64,000 nucleotides of DNA from Octopus sinensis (taxonomy: Eukaryota): the NCBI RefSeq assembly GCF_006345805.1, contig NC_043005.1, positions 3,348,001 through 3,412,000 of the forward strand, given 5' to 3'. This document shows, piece by piece, positions 11,271 through 22,758 of this stretch. Below the pieces are notes generated by a model. The model did not search any database and had not been told where the DNA came from. It saw only the letters and a list, made by a program, of their open reading frames with translations. The position numbers and the translations under genes were made by a program. How positions within the stretch are numbered: the first letter of the stretch is position 1; each line of letters begins with the position of its first letter.

Positions 11271-13986
11271 CCAACCAGTGTTGTCAAAGTAAATCTGTGG
11301 TTTAAATATTTTAAGTGTATCGAACTGTCTCTATAGCTCTACCCTTGTCTTAGACATTTTTATTCCAATTTAGTATTTGTAAAGTAATCATCACCCTGTG
11401 GTCCCTTCCATAAATGAGAGTATGTCAGAAATACTGGCAAACACTGTGATTTCATATAATACAGCAGCATTAGAATATCTTCCAAGATTTTGCCTTAGTT
11501 TTCACATTCTTTGCCAAAAAGTCATTGTACATGTTTGCAGTTTTATACTTTACCATTCAACCAGAACTGATTATGCTTCAAAGTCTACAGTTTTGCAGCC
11601 AAAATTTTATCTCAAATTGTAATATTTTTCTCAATACAGAAAACTAGCCATGACATGCCAATATAACTTCATCTGCAGCAGCAACAAACATCTTCAACTG
11701 GAATCATAATATTATAATGTAAAAAGTTTACTTTTGTGATTTTAGTAATAAATACAAATTCTTTGGATTATTCGTAAGCTCTTCTTCAGGGACTTGAAAA
11801 ACAAAAGAATCCTCTCTACTGCAAACTATGACTCCAGGAAAGCTTTTTTAGTCAAGAGGAAAAGTGATAGTCCCTTCACCTGTTCAAGCTTCCAAGACTG
11901 AGATGGAAGGCAGTTTCCTCATATTAGAACCACTTGCAACTGAGGGGGCTCTGCTAAAAGTATCCAAGGCATTAAACTTATCACTGAAATAATCCCAGGG
12001 TGGCATTTCAATTCAGAACACAAAGCACCAGAGCAAATACTGTAAGGCATCTGGTCTGAAATTCTTACCACTCTGCCAAGACCTTGGAATGGTAGGCTTA
12101 TTAACCCTTTGTTCCAGTGTGTAGAACCCATTGCTCTCATCTTCCACTGCTTAATTCCCCACCCTTTTTTTTTTCTTTGGTGGGGTTTTTTGTTTAACAA
12201 TTCAATCTTACTTTTAATGCTTATATTTTTTCTTCCTGTAAAAATGTTAAAATCTATTTTCCTTAAAAGAAAAATAAAGTTGACTTCAGTAGGTTTTAAA
12301 CTCAAAAGTTGGAACTGCCAGATATTGCCAAATCACCTTCAAGAACTTTCATATTCCCTTTTTGCCAGGTTTGACAGGTTGTCCAAGTCAGTCCTTTATT
12401 GGAGATCCTCTTCTCAGGCGGCTGGCAGCGTTCATAGCTTCGTTTTCGCTTTATTTTTACAGCCAATATCAAACTCGGTCACTGGCAACATTACATATTG
12501 TGCTCAAACCTTATTTGGCTTTGATAAAATGCAATCAACATTTACCTTGGATGCTTTGAAGACAGGTCTGCATATCTTTTTTATCACATCTCCCAAAAAA
12601 AGGAAACCCGAGTATACTGTTCCACTTGTAGTTATTTAGCACCAAGTTGCCTTCAAAGACATTCAAACTGACTTTTTCAGGAACTCTACAACTTAGATTA
12701 CATTATCAGGAATATCTCAAGACAGAACAATTTGAGTGGAATTTAGCTATTCCTAGCATGTCAAGAGCTCAACTTGAATGTCTGGAATATTTAGAGAAAA
12801 AACGGTGGAGGGGTAGGAGTCGAGATAATGCTCAATTTAAGGCATAATATTGAAAAATATAAAAAAAACATCAATACATGTGAGAGTAACAAAGAAACGA
12901 GGAAGTGGTCGTGGGATGTGCTAGAAACAACAGCCAAATCTCCCTTAAATCACACCTTTTCGCTTGAAAATTTAGATGGTTTTAAGTATGTAGTGCCAAA
13001 ATAATTGGCCCAGAAGAGGATGGAGTTAAAATGTTCATATAAGGATGAAAAAATCCGTCAAAACGGAGAAAAATTCAAATTCTTAGTGTGTCCTGATCCG
13101 AAACTCAACCGAAAATTGGAAAAAAAAAACATGTCAGAGTTATTAAGTAACCGGTTGGGTGGAGGGCACATAGTAATCCCAGATTCAATTGGAAAAAATA
13201 TATATACAAACGTCATTAAAATAAGCGATTTCTATATTAACAGTTCTAGAATTTTGCCAGTATTAAGGTTAGCGAAGGTATTGTAGTGTCAGGCCACACT
13301 TACACCTATATTTATGTAGAGAATTTGTAAAATGAAAGTAATTATTCCACTGCCGTCTATATTCCGGCGTGATGTTGCTAGACATTTCTTCATTATTGCA
13401 GCGGGTTGAGGGAACTGGTGGTTGAAAATGCTTTATAGAAATGAAAACTTAACAAAAATAGTAAGTTAAAATAGGAGATAAAAATACCTCCAATTTTATT
13501 TTTTATCCACATCGCTATTCAACTTTTCAGAAGAAGTGAGGAGTGTCTTTGCACAGATACATCAAGTTTTATCACATCGATAGAAAAATAGTTTTTTTCA
13601 GTCACTAAGATTCAGTTTATACATAAAAAAAAGTATTCGAGATGAAAAATTTAGGATAGAACAGTTCGTTATATCGACCCAGAAGTATGAATAGCGAAGT
13701 CGAACACAGCTGGGTTTGATCTCAAAACGTGAAAGGCCAGGAAATAAAGAAAACGCTCCAATGATAGATTCAGTTTTATGACTACGTTGAAGATAGCATT
13801 TAAAATGATCTGAATTCATTGTAGATGAATAAAATTTTATGATTATTGGTTTCAAATATTTTACATTTCAGGAATGGAAAAAAAACAAATATAGATGAAT
13901 GTTCAAATAGCTTTAAAAAATTTCGGACTTTGCTCAGCTCATATAATGATAATTAGACCAAGTCGACTAACTTTGAAATGTTAAAT

Positions 13987-14002
13987 GGCCCTGAAAAGGG
14001 CC
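13987..14002 (-). terminator. Histone 3' stem-loop of H2B copy 2
   Basis: Minus strand GGCCCTTTTCAGGGCC preceded by TTGACAAC, as in copy 1. Confidence 0.97.
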
Positions 14003-14027
14003 GTTGTCAAAGACAGAATAGTTTTAT

Positions 14028-14405
14028 CTACTTGCTGCTGGTGTATTTGGTGACAGCCTTGGTACCTTCAGAGACGGCGTGTTTGGCCAACTCACCAGGG
14101 AGAAGCAGACGGACAGCAGTCTGCACCTCACGGCTACTGATGGTCGAACGTTTGTTGTAGTGAGCCAAACGGCTGGCTTCAGAAGCGATTCTTTCGAACA
14201 AATCGTTGACAAAACTGTTCATGATGGACATAGCTTTGCTGGAGATGCCAGTGTCGGGGTGGACTTGTTTCATTACTTTGTAGATGTAGATGGAATAACT
14301 TTCCTTCCTCTTCTTCTTGCGCTTCTTGTCTCCGGGGGGACGTGAAGCTTTGGCCTTCGAAGCCTTCTTGGCTCCTTTCGAAGCGGTAGCTGGTGCTGGT
14401 GGCAT
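14028..14405 (-). CDS. H2B: Histone H2B, copy 2 (protein identical to copy 1)
   Basis: ORF translation identical to 2649-3026; nucleotide sequence identical except the stop codon (TAG vs TAA). Confidence 0.99.
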   Translation of the reverse strand: MPPAPATASKGAKKASKAKASRPPGDKKRKKKRKESYSIYIYKVMKQVHPDTGISSKAMSIMNSFVNDLFERIASEASRLAHYNKRSTISSREVQTAVRLLLPGELAKHAVSEGTKAVTKYTSSK

Positions 14406-14710
14406 TGTAGTTATATATTGTCAACAGCTTTCTCTCAGTATTTATATAAACTATGGTAGGCTCCAGACGAGTCTACTCTTACAAAGCAATTTTATTGGCT
14501 AAACGTCTTACACCAATAAATGATATCATGTGACCGATTGTAGCTTTCAATTTAATTGGTTAAAATAGTGATGACGTAACAGATAGCGAGTTGAGCCACT
14601 TTATGCTTATTTAAGCCAAGTAGGCAGTATTCTTCTTGTTGCTAGCTTCGTGGTAGTTTCATTCGTAATTACTCGTACCGTTTAGTTACATCATTGAATC
14701 TCTATAGAAA
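14406..14710. promoter_or_regulatory. Divergent H2B/H2A promoter, pair 2
   Basis: TTTATATAAA 14441-14450 (H2B side), several CCAAT/ATTGG boxes 14490-14560, TGACGTAA near 14573, TATTTAAG 14608-14615 (H2A side). Confidence 0.75.
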
Positions 14711-15088
14711 ATGTCTGGTCGTGGTAAAGGAGGTAAAGTGAAGGGAAAGAGCAAGACCCGTTCATCCCGTGCTGGACTTCAGTTCCCTGTCGGACGTATC
14801 CATCGTCTTCTCCGCAAAGGAAATTATGCTGAACGTGTTGGTGCCGGAGCCCCAGTCTACCTGGCTGCTGTGATGGAATATTTGGCTGCCGAAGTGTTGG
14901 AATTGGCAGGAAATGCTGCCAGAGACAACAAGAAATCCAGAATTATTCCCCGTCATTTACAGTTGGCCATCCGCAACGACGAAGAATTGAACAAGCTTTT
15001 GTCTGGAGTGACCATCGCCCAGGGTGGTGTTCTTCCCAACATCCAGGCTGTTCTTCTCCCCAAGAAGACCCAGAAGGCTTCCAGTTAA
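14711..15088 (+). CDS. H2A: Histone H2A, copy 2 (125 aa, E at residue 41, ends ASS)
   Basis: Intact ORF ...[14 protein letters not shown]...KKTQKASS. Confidence 0.99.
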   Translation: MSGRGKGGKVKGKSKTRSSRAGLQFPVGRIHRLLRKGNYAERVGAGAPVYLAAVMEYLAAEVLELAGNAARDNKKSRIIPRHLQLAIRNDEELNKLLSGVTIAQGGVLPNIQAVLLPKKTQKASS

Positions 15089-15122
15089 TCTCTCCCTTGG
15101 AACTACAGCATATCGAATATTT

Positions 15123-15140
15123 GGCTCTTTTTTTAGGACC
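15123..15140 (+). terminator. Degenerate histone stem-loop of H2A copy 2
   Basis: GGCTCTTTTTTTAGGACC at the expected distance from the stop; loop lengthened to 6 U, stem has a C-A mismatch and a U-G pair. Confidence 0.6.
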
Positions 15141-17914
15141 ATCTGTATTTATGGACGATCTCGAGTTGATTTATGCGTTTGTAGTTGAGGAATGATTTTG
15201 GTCTGTGGAACGACTCTTGGAGTCGCAGGAAGAATAATTCCATCGCTTAAAGATAGAACTAATTACTCCGTCTGTCGGAGGTAAGAGAGACGTTCATGTG
15301 TGAACAATGACTTTATTTCTGAATGTATATTTACAGGAAGGTCTCTTTTGTAAATAACCAACATAAAATATTGTAATAAAACGATTTTTCATTCCATTCT
15401 GTTTAGAGGAGACGGACTCTGTGCTCGTTATTTAAAACCCGTCAATAAATGATTAATACATTTGATTCATTATCCTTAAATCCCTTTTTTTTTTTTTTTT
15501 TTTTTTTTTTCACATTTAGTTTGTCTGTTAAAATATCTCTACAGTGCTGAACTAAAATGAAAAAAGCTTTCGTGTGACTTATTCTTTTTGAATGATATAC
15601 GGAGATATTTATAAGAGATTTCTGATTAAAGGTGGTTCGACCTATAGATAGATATCTAGAATAATCTAATTGATATTAATAATTTATCTTGGCTACCTTA
15701 CAAGATAACTGTTCTATATTTCATTCTAGTTTATCTTTCACTATCAAACCATATATATATATATTACAACAGCCCTCCCTCGGTTTGTCATGGTCTTGTT
15801 TTAAATCGAAATATTGTCTTTAATGAGTTACTAGTGAAACGAATTTTTTTTTTATTAAAGCCAGTCTATGCCATCAATTATTCGCGATTTAATGAAACGA
15901 TATTTTCTTGGGGTTTTTTTTTTTCATCAATATTATGAAAATTGATATGTAATAGGCTAGAATTTTTTTTAATTTTTCATAAATTGCATCATTCAGCTTT
16001 TTTTTTTATTATTAATAAAAAATGTTCACCTGTAATCGTCGTCCACACCTTTTTGATAATCCACCGGAATTTCATGAAAGGAAAAAAAAATTACAAAGTT
16101 GAGGAAGTGAAAATTAAAACTTATTGTAAATCTATTTTCAAACCCTAAAAGAATAGTTTGTGAATGTGTTTGGCGGTGGAAGTTTGATTTTAACATTTTT
16201 TTTTTTTTTTTTAATTAAAAACTGAATTTTTCAACCTTAATATTATTTATCGGTTAATATAAAGATCTTCAGCCAGGAACAAAAATTTAGAAAAACTCAG
16301 CTTTTCAGTGTATTTTACGCTGAACTTTTAAATTCATTTACTTAAAGAACATTGTTTCACCTGTAATGAAAGGTGTTTTTAGGGAGGTCAGATCTTACTA
16401 GAAAATTATATTGAGATGTGTAAGTTGACCACAAAAAATATACATCCAAGACACTCGTCTTCAGCAGACTCCGTTTTATTATTTGTTTCGTGGTGAAATG
16501 TAAAAGTCCTCCTCGGTGAAAATAGTACAAATAATGATTACTGATCTCTTAACATTAGCCTTCAATAAATAAGTCTGGTCTGTTAATGACTTGTGTGTAG
16601 CGAACCGGGTTTTCCTGTAAGCCAGTGCTGCTATAGATATGAAAGGTAATTTGTGAGAGTAGATTTAGTGGTGTGAAACTTGCATATGCTAGAAATAGCA
16701 GTAAAACTCTACCCTAGATATCTTTTTTGAGCCCTAAAAGTGTCTCGGAAATCTTAATATGGGATTGAAAGCAGTATATATTCTGCTCTCGGTTGGTGTA
16801 CAAAATGGATATTTTTGACCGTGATGGTCACTTCTTAGACTTGCTGACCTACAGATATCTGAAATAAAGACCAAAGTTGTGAAGCTGGTAGTTTCCTAAT
16901 AAGAAAAGTTTGAACTTGTAATCTGCGTCAGAAAGACAAAGAAAAGAAAAACGGTTCATAAATTTGAAATGAATTTCAGATTTAAAAAAAAAAAAAAGTC
17001 TAAACGTTAAATCTGTCTTCGCATTCAAATTTATAAATTTTTCTGTTTTGGTAGAATTTAACACTTGGTTTTACAGAAACCATGGGGTTTCTTGTGATTC
17101 TCCTTTGGCCAAACTTGTTTAAAGGGAACTTTTCCAGTTTCATTTCAACCCTTGGTTCCAGCTTTTGCAAACTAATCCCGGCTCAATTGTCCTGCGTTTG
17201 AAAACAGCATTGTGTGATAGATGAGATTTGGCTGTTATTTCTAGCAACCCTTTCCCTCAGCTGAGTCCTAAAGACAGTCTGATTGTCCAGTAAAGGAAAT
17301 TAAATGAAAGTCTAAGAAACACCACATTCTTGGCTCAAGAACAAACATTTGACCTATAAAATGGCAGCTAAATTTCTTAAAACTCCTTTAAAAGGGAAGC
17401 CTTGTCCTTGATAGATCATCGTCGAATAAAACAAACGCTTTAAAATTAATAAATCACATACTCCAAAGGGACACGGTATTAGGTCCCTAACGACGTTAAA
17501 TCTGTTTCTAAATTTTCAAGATTCTTAATGTGAACTTGTGGGTTGACAAGCTTTGTATTCCGAGAGGCTCATTGTGCCAATAATACAAGCTCTGCTTCTA
17601 TTTCACTTCTTTTCATTTAAATTCGCAGCAAATATGGATGTTCTCCAAAGGTCAGCTGAGGCCCTTAACGTAGTGTTTCTTTCATATCTAAGATAGTATT
17701 GCTATTGTGCGTAGGCCCCCAAAACCGCATCCACAAAGGGATCAACTTTCCGATTGGTACGAAATAATTCAAAAAACCTCCTCCAGCCGTTCACCCCCGC
17801 GGATTAGCTCTGTCTCCTCTCACAACCACTACTCTAATGCTCTCTGCTCCACGGAACCAGCTGGGCTCGCACCCCTCCCGTTCAGCCATTCCCATCCCTT
17901 TCAACTCTCTTATC

Positions 17915-18205
17915 GGTTAGGGTATTCAGCTCACGATTGTAAGGTCGTGAGTTCGATTCCCGGCGATGCGTTGTGTCCTTGAGCAAGACACTTTATTTCA
18001 CATTGCTCCAGTCCCCTCACCTGGCAAAAACGAGTTGTACCTGTAATTCAAAGGGCCAGCCTTGTCACGCTGATTCTCCTTGAGCACTACATTAAGGGTA
18101 CACGTCTCTGGAGTACTCAGCCATTTGCACGTTAATTTCCCAAGCAGGTTGTTCCGTTGATCGGATCAACTGGAACCCTCGTCATCATAACCGACGGAGT
18201 GTCAG
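17915..18205 (+). mobile_element. tRNA-derived SINE, family C
   Basis: B-box GAGTTCGATTCCC, then GTTGTGTCCTTGAGCAAGACACTTTA central domain, T-rich end. Confidence 0.8.
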
Positions 18206-20043
18206 TCTTTTTTTTTTTTAATCTCTTGGCCTTGTGTCCAACTCCAACCCTCTTGGCCAACCACTGATCCAGTATGCCCAGATCTCTGTCTTTCCAGTAG
18301 GTGTTGATATCGAAGTTCAATAACCTATCAATTTCAGTGGTCCGGACCAGTGCTCCGCAACTTTTTTTTTTTTTTTTTTTTTTCAAAGTTCGGCGGCACC
18401 CCTGAACTGAGGAAAAACTATATTCGGGTTACACTGCTGCGCGCATAGCATCGCCTCGTGACACCATTGTGCCGCGGCATACCGGTTGCGGAGCATTGGT
18501 CTAGATTAGGTAAAAGGCATGTAGAAGCTATGGGCGCGACCCCTTCAGACCCCTCAAAAAAACCCCCACTTTCTATTGATAATCTGGCGTATTTCTTGGA
18601 TAGGTAAGTAGTGCTACATTCTAGTGAGAACGTACACCTGTGTGTGTATATTATGTATGGACCTATGTAAACACACACTGGCTGCGTTTGTGTTAATCCG
18701 TTTCCAAAATCAGTTTTATATTTCAGTTCTGGACCATTTCATTGTGTTATTAAAATGGGTAACAACCATGCGATCCTGTGAATAATTTTCCACCTTGAAA
18801 TTTTGATCCTAGTCCAGGGTCTCACTTTCTTGAAACCATTTCGTTTTCCGTTTTTTTAAATTTTTTTTTTCCTGTCTAACGCCTACTTCCAGGTCTTGAC
18901 CTGCTAGAAATGGCAGCCGAATATCCTTCAAAGGATGGTACAGAATAGACATTTTAAAGAAATATAGAAGCGTTAATTATTGAAATAGTTATTGAGATAA
19001 CTCTTAAACGTTTATTTTTAAAAAAGTATTGAAATAATTCTAACGAAATATTGTCCAAATAAAAGCGACGTGTAGCTCTATTGGGTGGGGGCAGGGGGGT
19101 TTGACAAAGCTGAAGTTCAACTGTAAAAAGTAAAATTGTTTTGGTGAAGACGAAAATGAGCATCACCGAAATTTTTAATAAAATTTCATTGAAATGATAG
19201 ACTTTCGAGTTTACCTGTTGTGACTTGTCTAAGTAAATATATTGAACGATGTTGACGTTAACAAATTTGGTTACCAAATGGTTGGAAGACCTTTGCTAAA
19301 TAATATATATTGTTTAATATTTTTTGTGTGAACTTTAATTATTAGTGTGTATACAGTACACGGCAATCTTTCGGTCTATGATCACAAACTGAAGGTTTCC
19401 AACATCAGATATTTCAATTTTGCCAAAGAAAAAAGCTTTATAAATTTTCAGTTTAACTATTTTTCGAAAAAAAAATGTGAGGGGTGGAGTGGGAGATTCC
19501 ACCCTTAAAAATATGGAGATGACGATTCTGAAAAAGAAAATTTTTTTCAGTATGTAAAACGGTGAGGAAAAGTGAAAATAAGTTCTATTTAGAAATGGAA
19601 GTTATTGTAGATAAAAATTGTTGGTTAATTTCTTAGTTTGTTGGTGCATGAAGTGATTTTTAGATGAGTGAAGGATGTAATGAACTAAATGGCAAAAGAA
19701 GTGGCGCTTGTGTGCAGAGAAGAAAGAAAAGCCAAGGTGCACTTGGCAGTTGGACCATTAGAACCCAATCTCTGCTTGTTTGAGTTAAGATCAGGCACTT
19801 TTTTCTTCTTCATGAGAACTCTCATGTTCGTCAGTGTACAAAGATATTAACCAAAGTAAAGCCAGTTTATTTTCCTGTCTACTTTTTCGACCACAGATAT
19901 AAGCAGAGTTTCATAGTGATGTTTTTTTACGTCACCTCTTTTGTTAGCTGTATTATTTAAATACCAAGTGCAAAGAATCCTACACTGTAACCTGGCCTTT
20001 AAGAGATTTCAACCAAATCTTTCTAAAAAAATATTTAAATATG

Positions 20044-20420
20044 TAGGTGTTGGTGTGGCTGTGTGGTAAGACACTTGCTTCCCAGCCTCATTGTTCTGGG
20101 TTCACCCCACTGCATGGCACCTTGGACAAGTGTCTTCTACTATAGCATTGAGCTGACCCAAGCCTTGTGAGTGAACTTGGTAGATAGAAACTGAAAGAAG
20201 CCCATTGTATATGTGTTTGTACTCTGCCTACTACTTGACAACCAGTGTTGGTGTGTTTACATCCCCATAAGTCAGTAGTTCAGCAAAATAGACCAATATA
20301 GTAAGTACCAGGTTTTACAAAAAATATATGCACTGGGTCAATTCATTTGACCAAAAATTCTTCAAAGCAGGGCCCCAGCATGGCCACAGTCTAATGACAG
20401 AATCAAGTAAAAGATAAAAG
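20044..20420 (+). mobile_element. SINE family A
   Basis: GGTGTGGCTGTGTGGTAAG head, GGCACCTTGGACAAGTGTCTTCTACTATAGC core, CCCAGCATGGCCACAGTC...AAAAGATAAAAGAT tail. Confidence 0.85.
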
Positions 20421-20660
20421 ATACAGGATAAGCTTAATACTGAATGTGATATGGATTGTGTTTGTGTTCAGATCATGAAAATCTCTCCTAATGTGTGTGG
20501 ATGCTGTCAGAGAAGCTATGAAACAGGTTCTGAAACCCCTTTAAAGGAAAGGGTCTTGCAAATTTAAAAAGAAAAAGAAAAATGTACAATCAAGGTGGTG
20601 CTCCAGCATTGCCACAGCCAAATGACTGAAACAAGTAAAAGAATAAACACCAGCAAACAA

Positions 20661-21022
20661 CATCATCATCATCATCGTTTAACGTCCGTTCTCCATGCTA
20701 GCATGGGTTGGATGGTTCGACCGGGGATCTGGGAAGCCAGAAGGCTGCACCAGGCTCCAGTCTGATCTGGCAGTGTTTCTACAGCTGGATGCCCTTCCTA
20801 ATGCCAACCACTCCAAGAGTGTAGTGGGTGCTTTTTACGTGCCACCTGCACAGGTGCCAGGCGAGGCTGGCAACGGCCATGGTCGGATTGGTGCATTTTA
20901 CGTGCCACTGGCACGGAAGCCAGTCGAGGCGACGCTGGCATCGGCTACGATTCGGATAGTGCTTTTTATGTACCACCAGTCCAGGGGTCCTGGCATCTGC
21001 CGGGTGCCAGTCATAGGATTGG
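20661..21022 (-). mobile_element. RTE 3' UTR-derived repeat (family E) with internal ~55-bp tandem units
   Basis: CATCATCATCGTTTAACGTCCG tail, CAGCTGGATGCCCTTCCTAA, repeated GGTGCTTTTTACGTGCCAC units; same 3' end as the RTE at 10676-11270. Confidence 0.85.
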
Positions 21023-21957
21023 TTCAAAAAATGTTCTCAGAAAAAACCCAGTAATGATGACAGCAACAACATGGATAAAAGTAGGAAACAGCATTATTTA
21101 TCTGTGTTCCAAGCATCATATTTAGAAATAAACATCCAAGACACTCGTCTTCAGCAGACTCATTCGTTTTATTATTTCTGTTTCGTGGTGAAATGTAAAA
21201 GTCCTCCTCGGTGAAAATATTTAGAAATAAACACTTTCTGCACAAAAATAAATTTTGTTAATATGACACAAAAAATTTCAGATTAGAAGCATTAACCAGT
21301 GATATGCACAAATATAAACTTGTTACCCGTCCAAATATGCTTGATACATATTTGAACCTTTTGTCCAACATACGCCAGCAGGGAAGGTGAATGTTAAATG
21401 AAGAAGAAGAAAGCCTCTGTATTTTGTCATGGAGAAAAATTCTTGCTGTTGACAAATAGGTGTAAACACACTAGATCAGGTTGGTATGCTTCCTACCTAG
21501 AGAGATGGACACATGGATTTCAGAGTAGTTCTATCTCCTCTTCAGCATTAGACTCTGGAAAGGGAGGCACTGGTCAGACTCTTTCACAATGAAGATGACC
21601 TTATGACATTATACAAAGCATTTTGCATTTAATATATAAATATCATAAAGACTGACAAAATGCTTCTTAGCATTTTACCCTGGGAGGCTAAACGGTTTAG
21701 CTCGCTGCTTTAACATAATCTATAATAAATTTCTGTGAGTAAGTCTACATGACTTTCTGGGTTATAGACTCAGCCCTCAGGGGTGGACCCCAACGAGTGG
21801 CACATTTTACAACTAGAGTAAACTCATGAGTGTTTCTCTATCACTTGACGACTGGCCTTGTACCACAGATTTCGATCACTTTTAGTTCTTGCAACCAACA
21901 GAATGGGAAGCGAAGAAATATAAGCAAAGCAAGAAGGTGAGCAAACTAGCTGGAGAT

Positions 21958-22285
21958 TCATCATCATCATCGTTTAACGTCCGTTTTCCGAGCTAGCATG
22001 GGTTGGACGGTTCGCCCGGGGTCTGGAAAGCCAGGAGGCTGCACCAGGCTCCAGTCTGATCTGGCAGTGTTTCTACAGTTGGATGCCCTTCCTAACGCCA
22101 ACCACTCCGTGAGTGTAGTGGGTGCTTTTTATGTGCCACCAGCACAGGTGCCAGGGGAGGCTGGCAATGGCCACGATCGGTTGGTGCTTTTTATGTGCCA
22201 CTGGCACAGAAGCCAGTCAGGGTGGCGCTGGAATCGGCCACATTCGGATGGTGCTTTTTACGTGCCACTGGCACGGGGATCACAG
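21958..22285 (-). mobile_element. RTE 3' UTR-derived repeat (family E)
   Basis: Near-identical to 20661-21022 and 61588-61885. Confidence 0.85.
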
Positions 22286-22660
22286 TTACAATTTCCATTT
22301 GATTTTTATTTTGATGTTGATGGTTTCAATATTTTCTTTTACTCTTTTATTTGTTTCAGTCATTAGATTGGAGCCATGCTGGAGCACTGCCCTGAAGAAT
22401 TCTTAGTTAAGTGAATCGATCCTGGGGCTTACGCTATCAGTTCCTTTTGTCAAACCACTAAGTTAGCTAAGTTGCAAGGATGCTAACACACCAACACCGG
22501 TTGTCAAGTGGTAGTGGCAGATAAAGACACACACACATAACTATGACAGGCTTCTTTCAGTTTCCATCTATTGAATCCACTCATAAGGCTTTGGTCAGCC
22601 CAGGGCTATAGTAGAAGACACTTGCCCAAGGTGCTACATACTGTGGAAAATGAACATTAA

Positions 22661-22706
22661 GTGGTGGTGGTGGTGGTGGTGGTGGTGGTGGTGGTGGTGG
22701 TGGTGG

Positions 22707-22755
<49 letters not shown>
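22661..22755. repeat. Compound microsatellite (GGT)n(GAT)n
   Basis: Pure GGT run switching directly into a pure GAT run. Confidence 0.97.

Positions 22756-22758
<3 letters not shown>

Noticed and set aside
12109-12639. 176-aa hydrophobic ORF
   Set aside because: First third comes from T-rich low-complexity sequence; no recognisable domain.
14711-15088. H2A.X or H2A.Z identity
   Set aside because: No C-terminal SQ(E/D) motif and the sequence is canonical H2A.
17915-17990. tRNA genes at SINE heads
   Set aside because: A/B boxes present but no full cloverleaf, and each continues into a SINE body.
21135-21216. Type II hammerhead (GAAAC ... CUGAAGA) on the minus strand
   Set aside because: Stem II cannot close next to the core and no NUH/stem III arrangement fits.
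20695-22406. Recurrent MLAWVG... and MGWTV... ORFs (also at 10875 and 61626)
   Set aside because: Antisense translations of the family E repeat, not a gene family.
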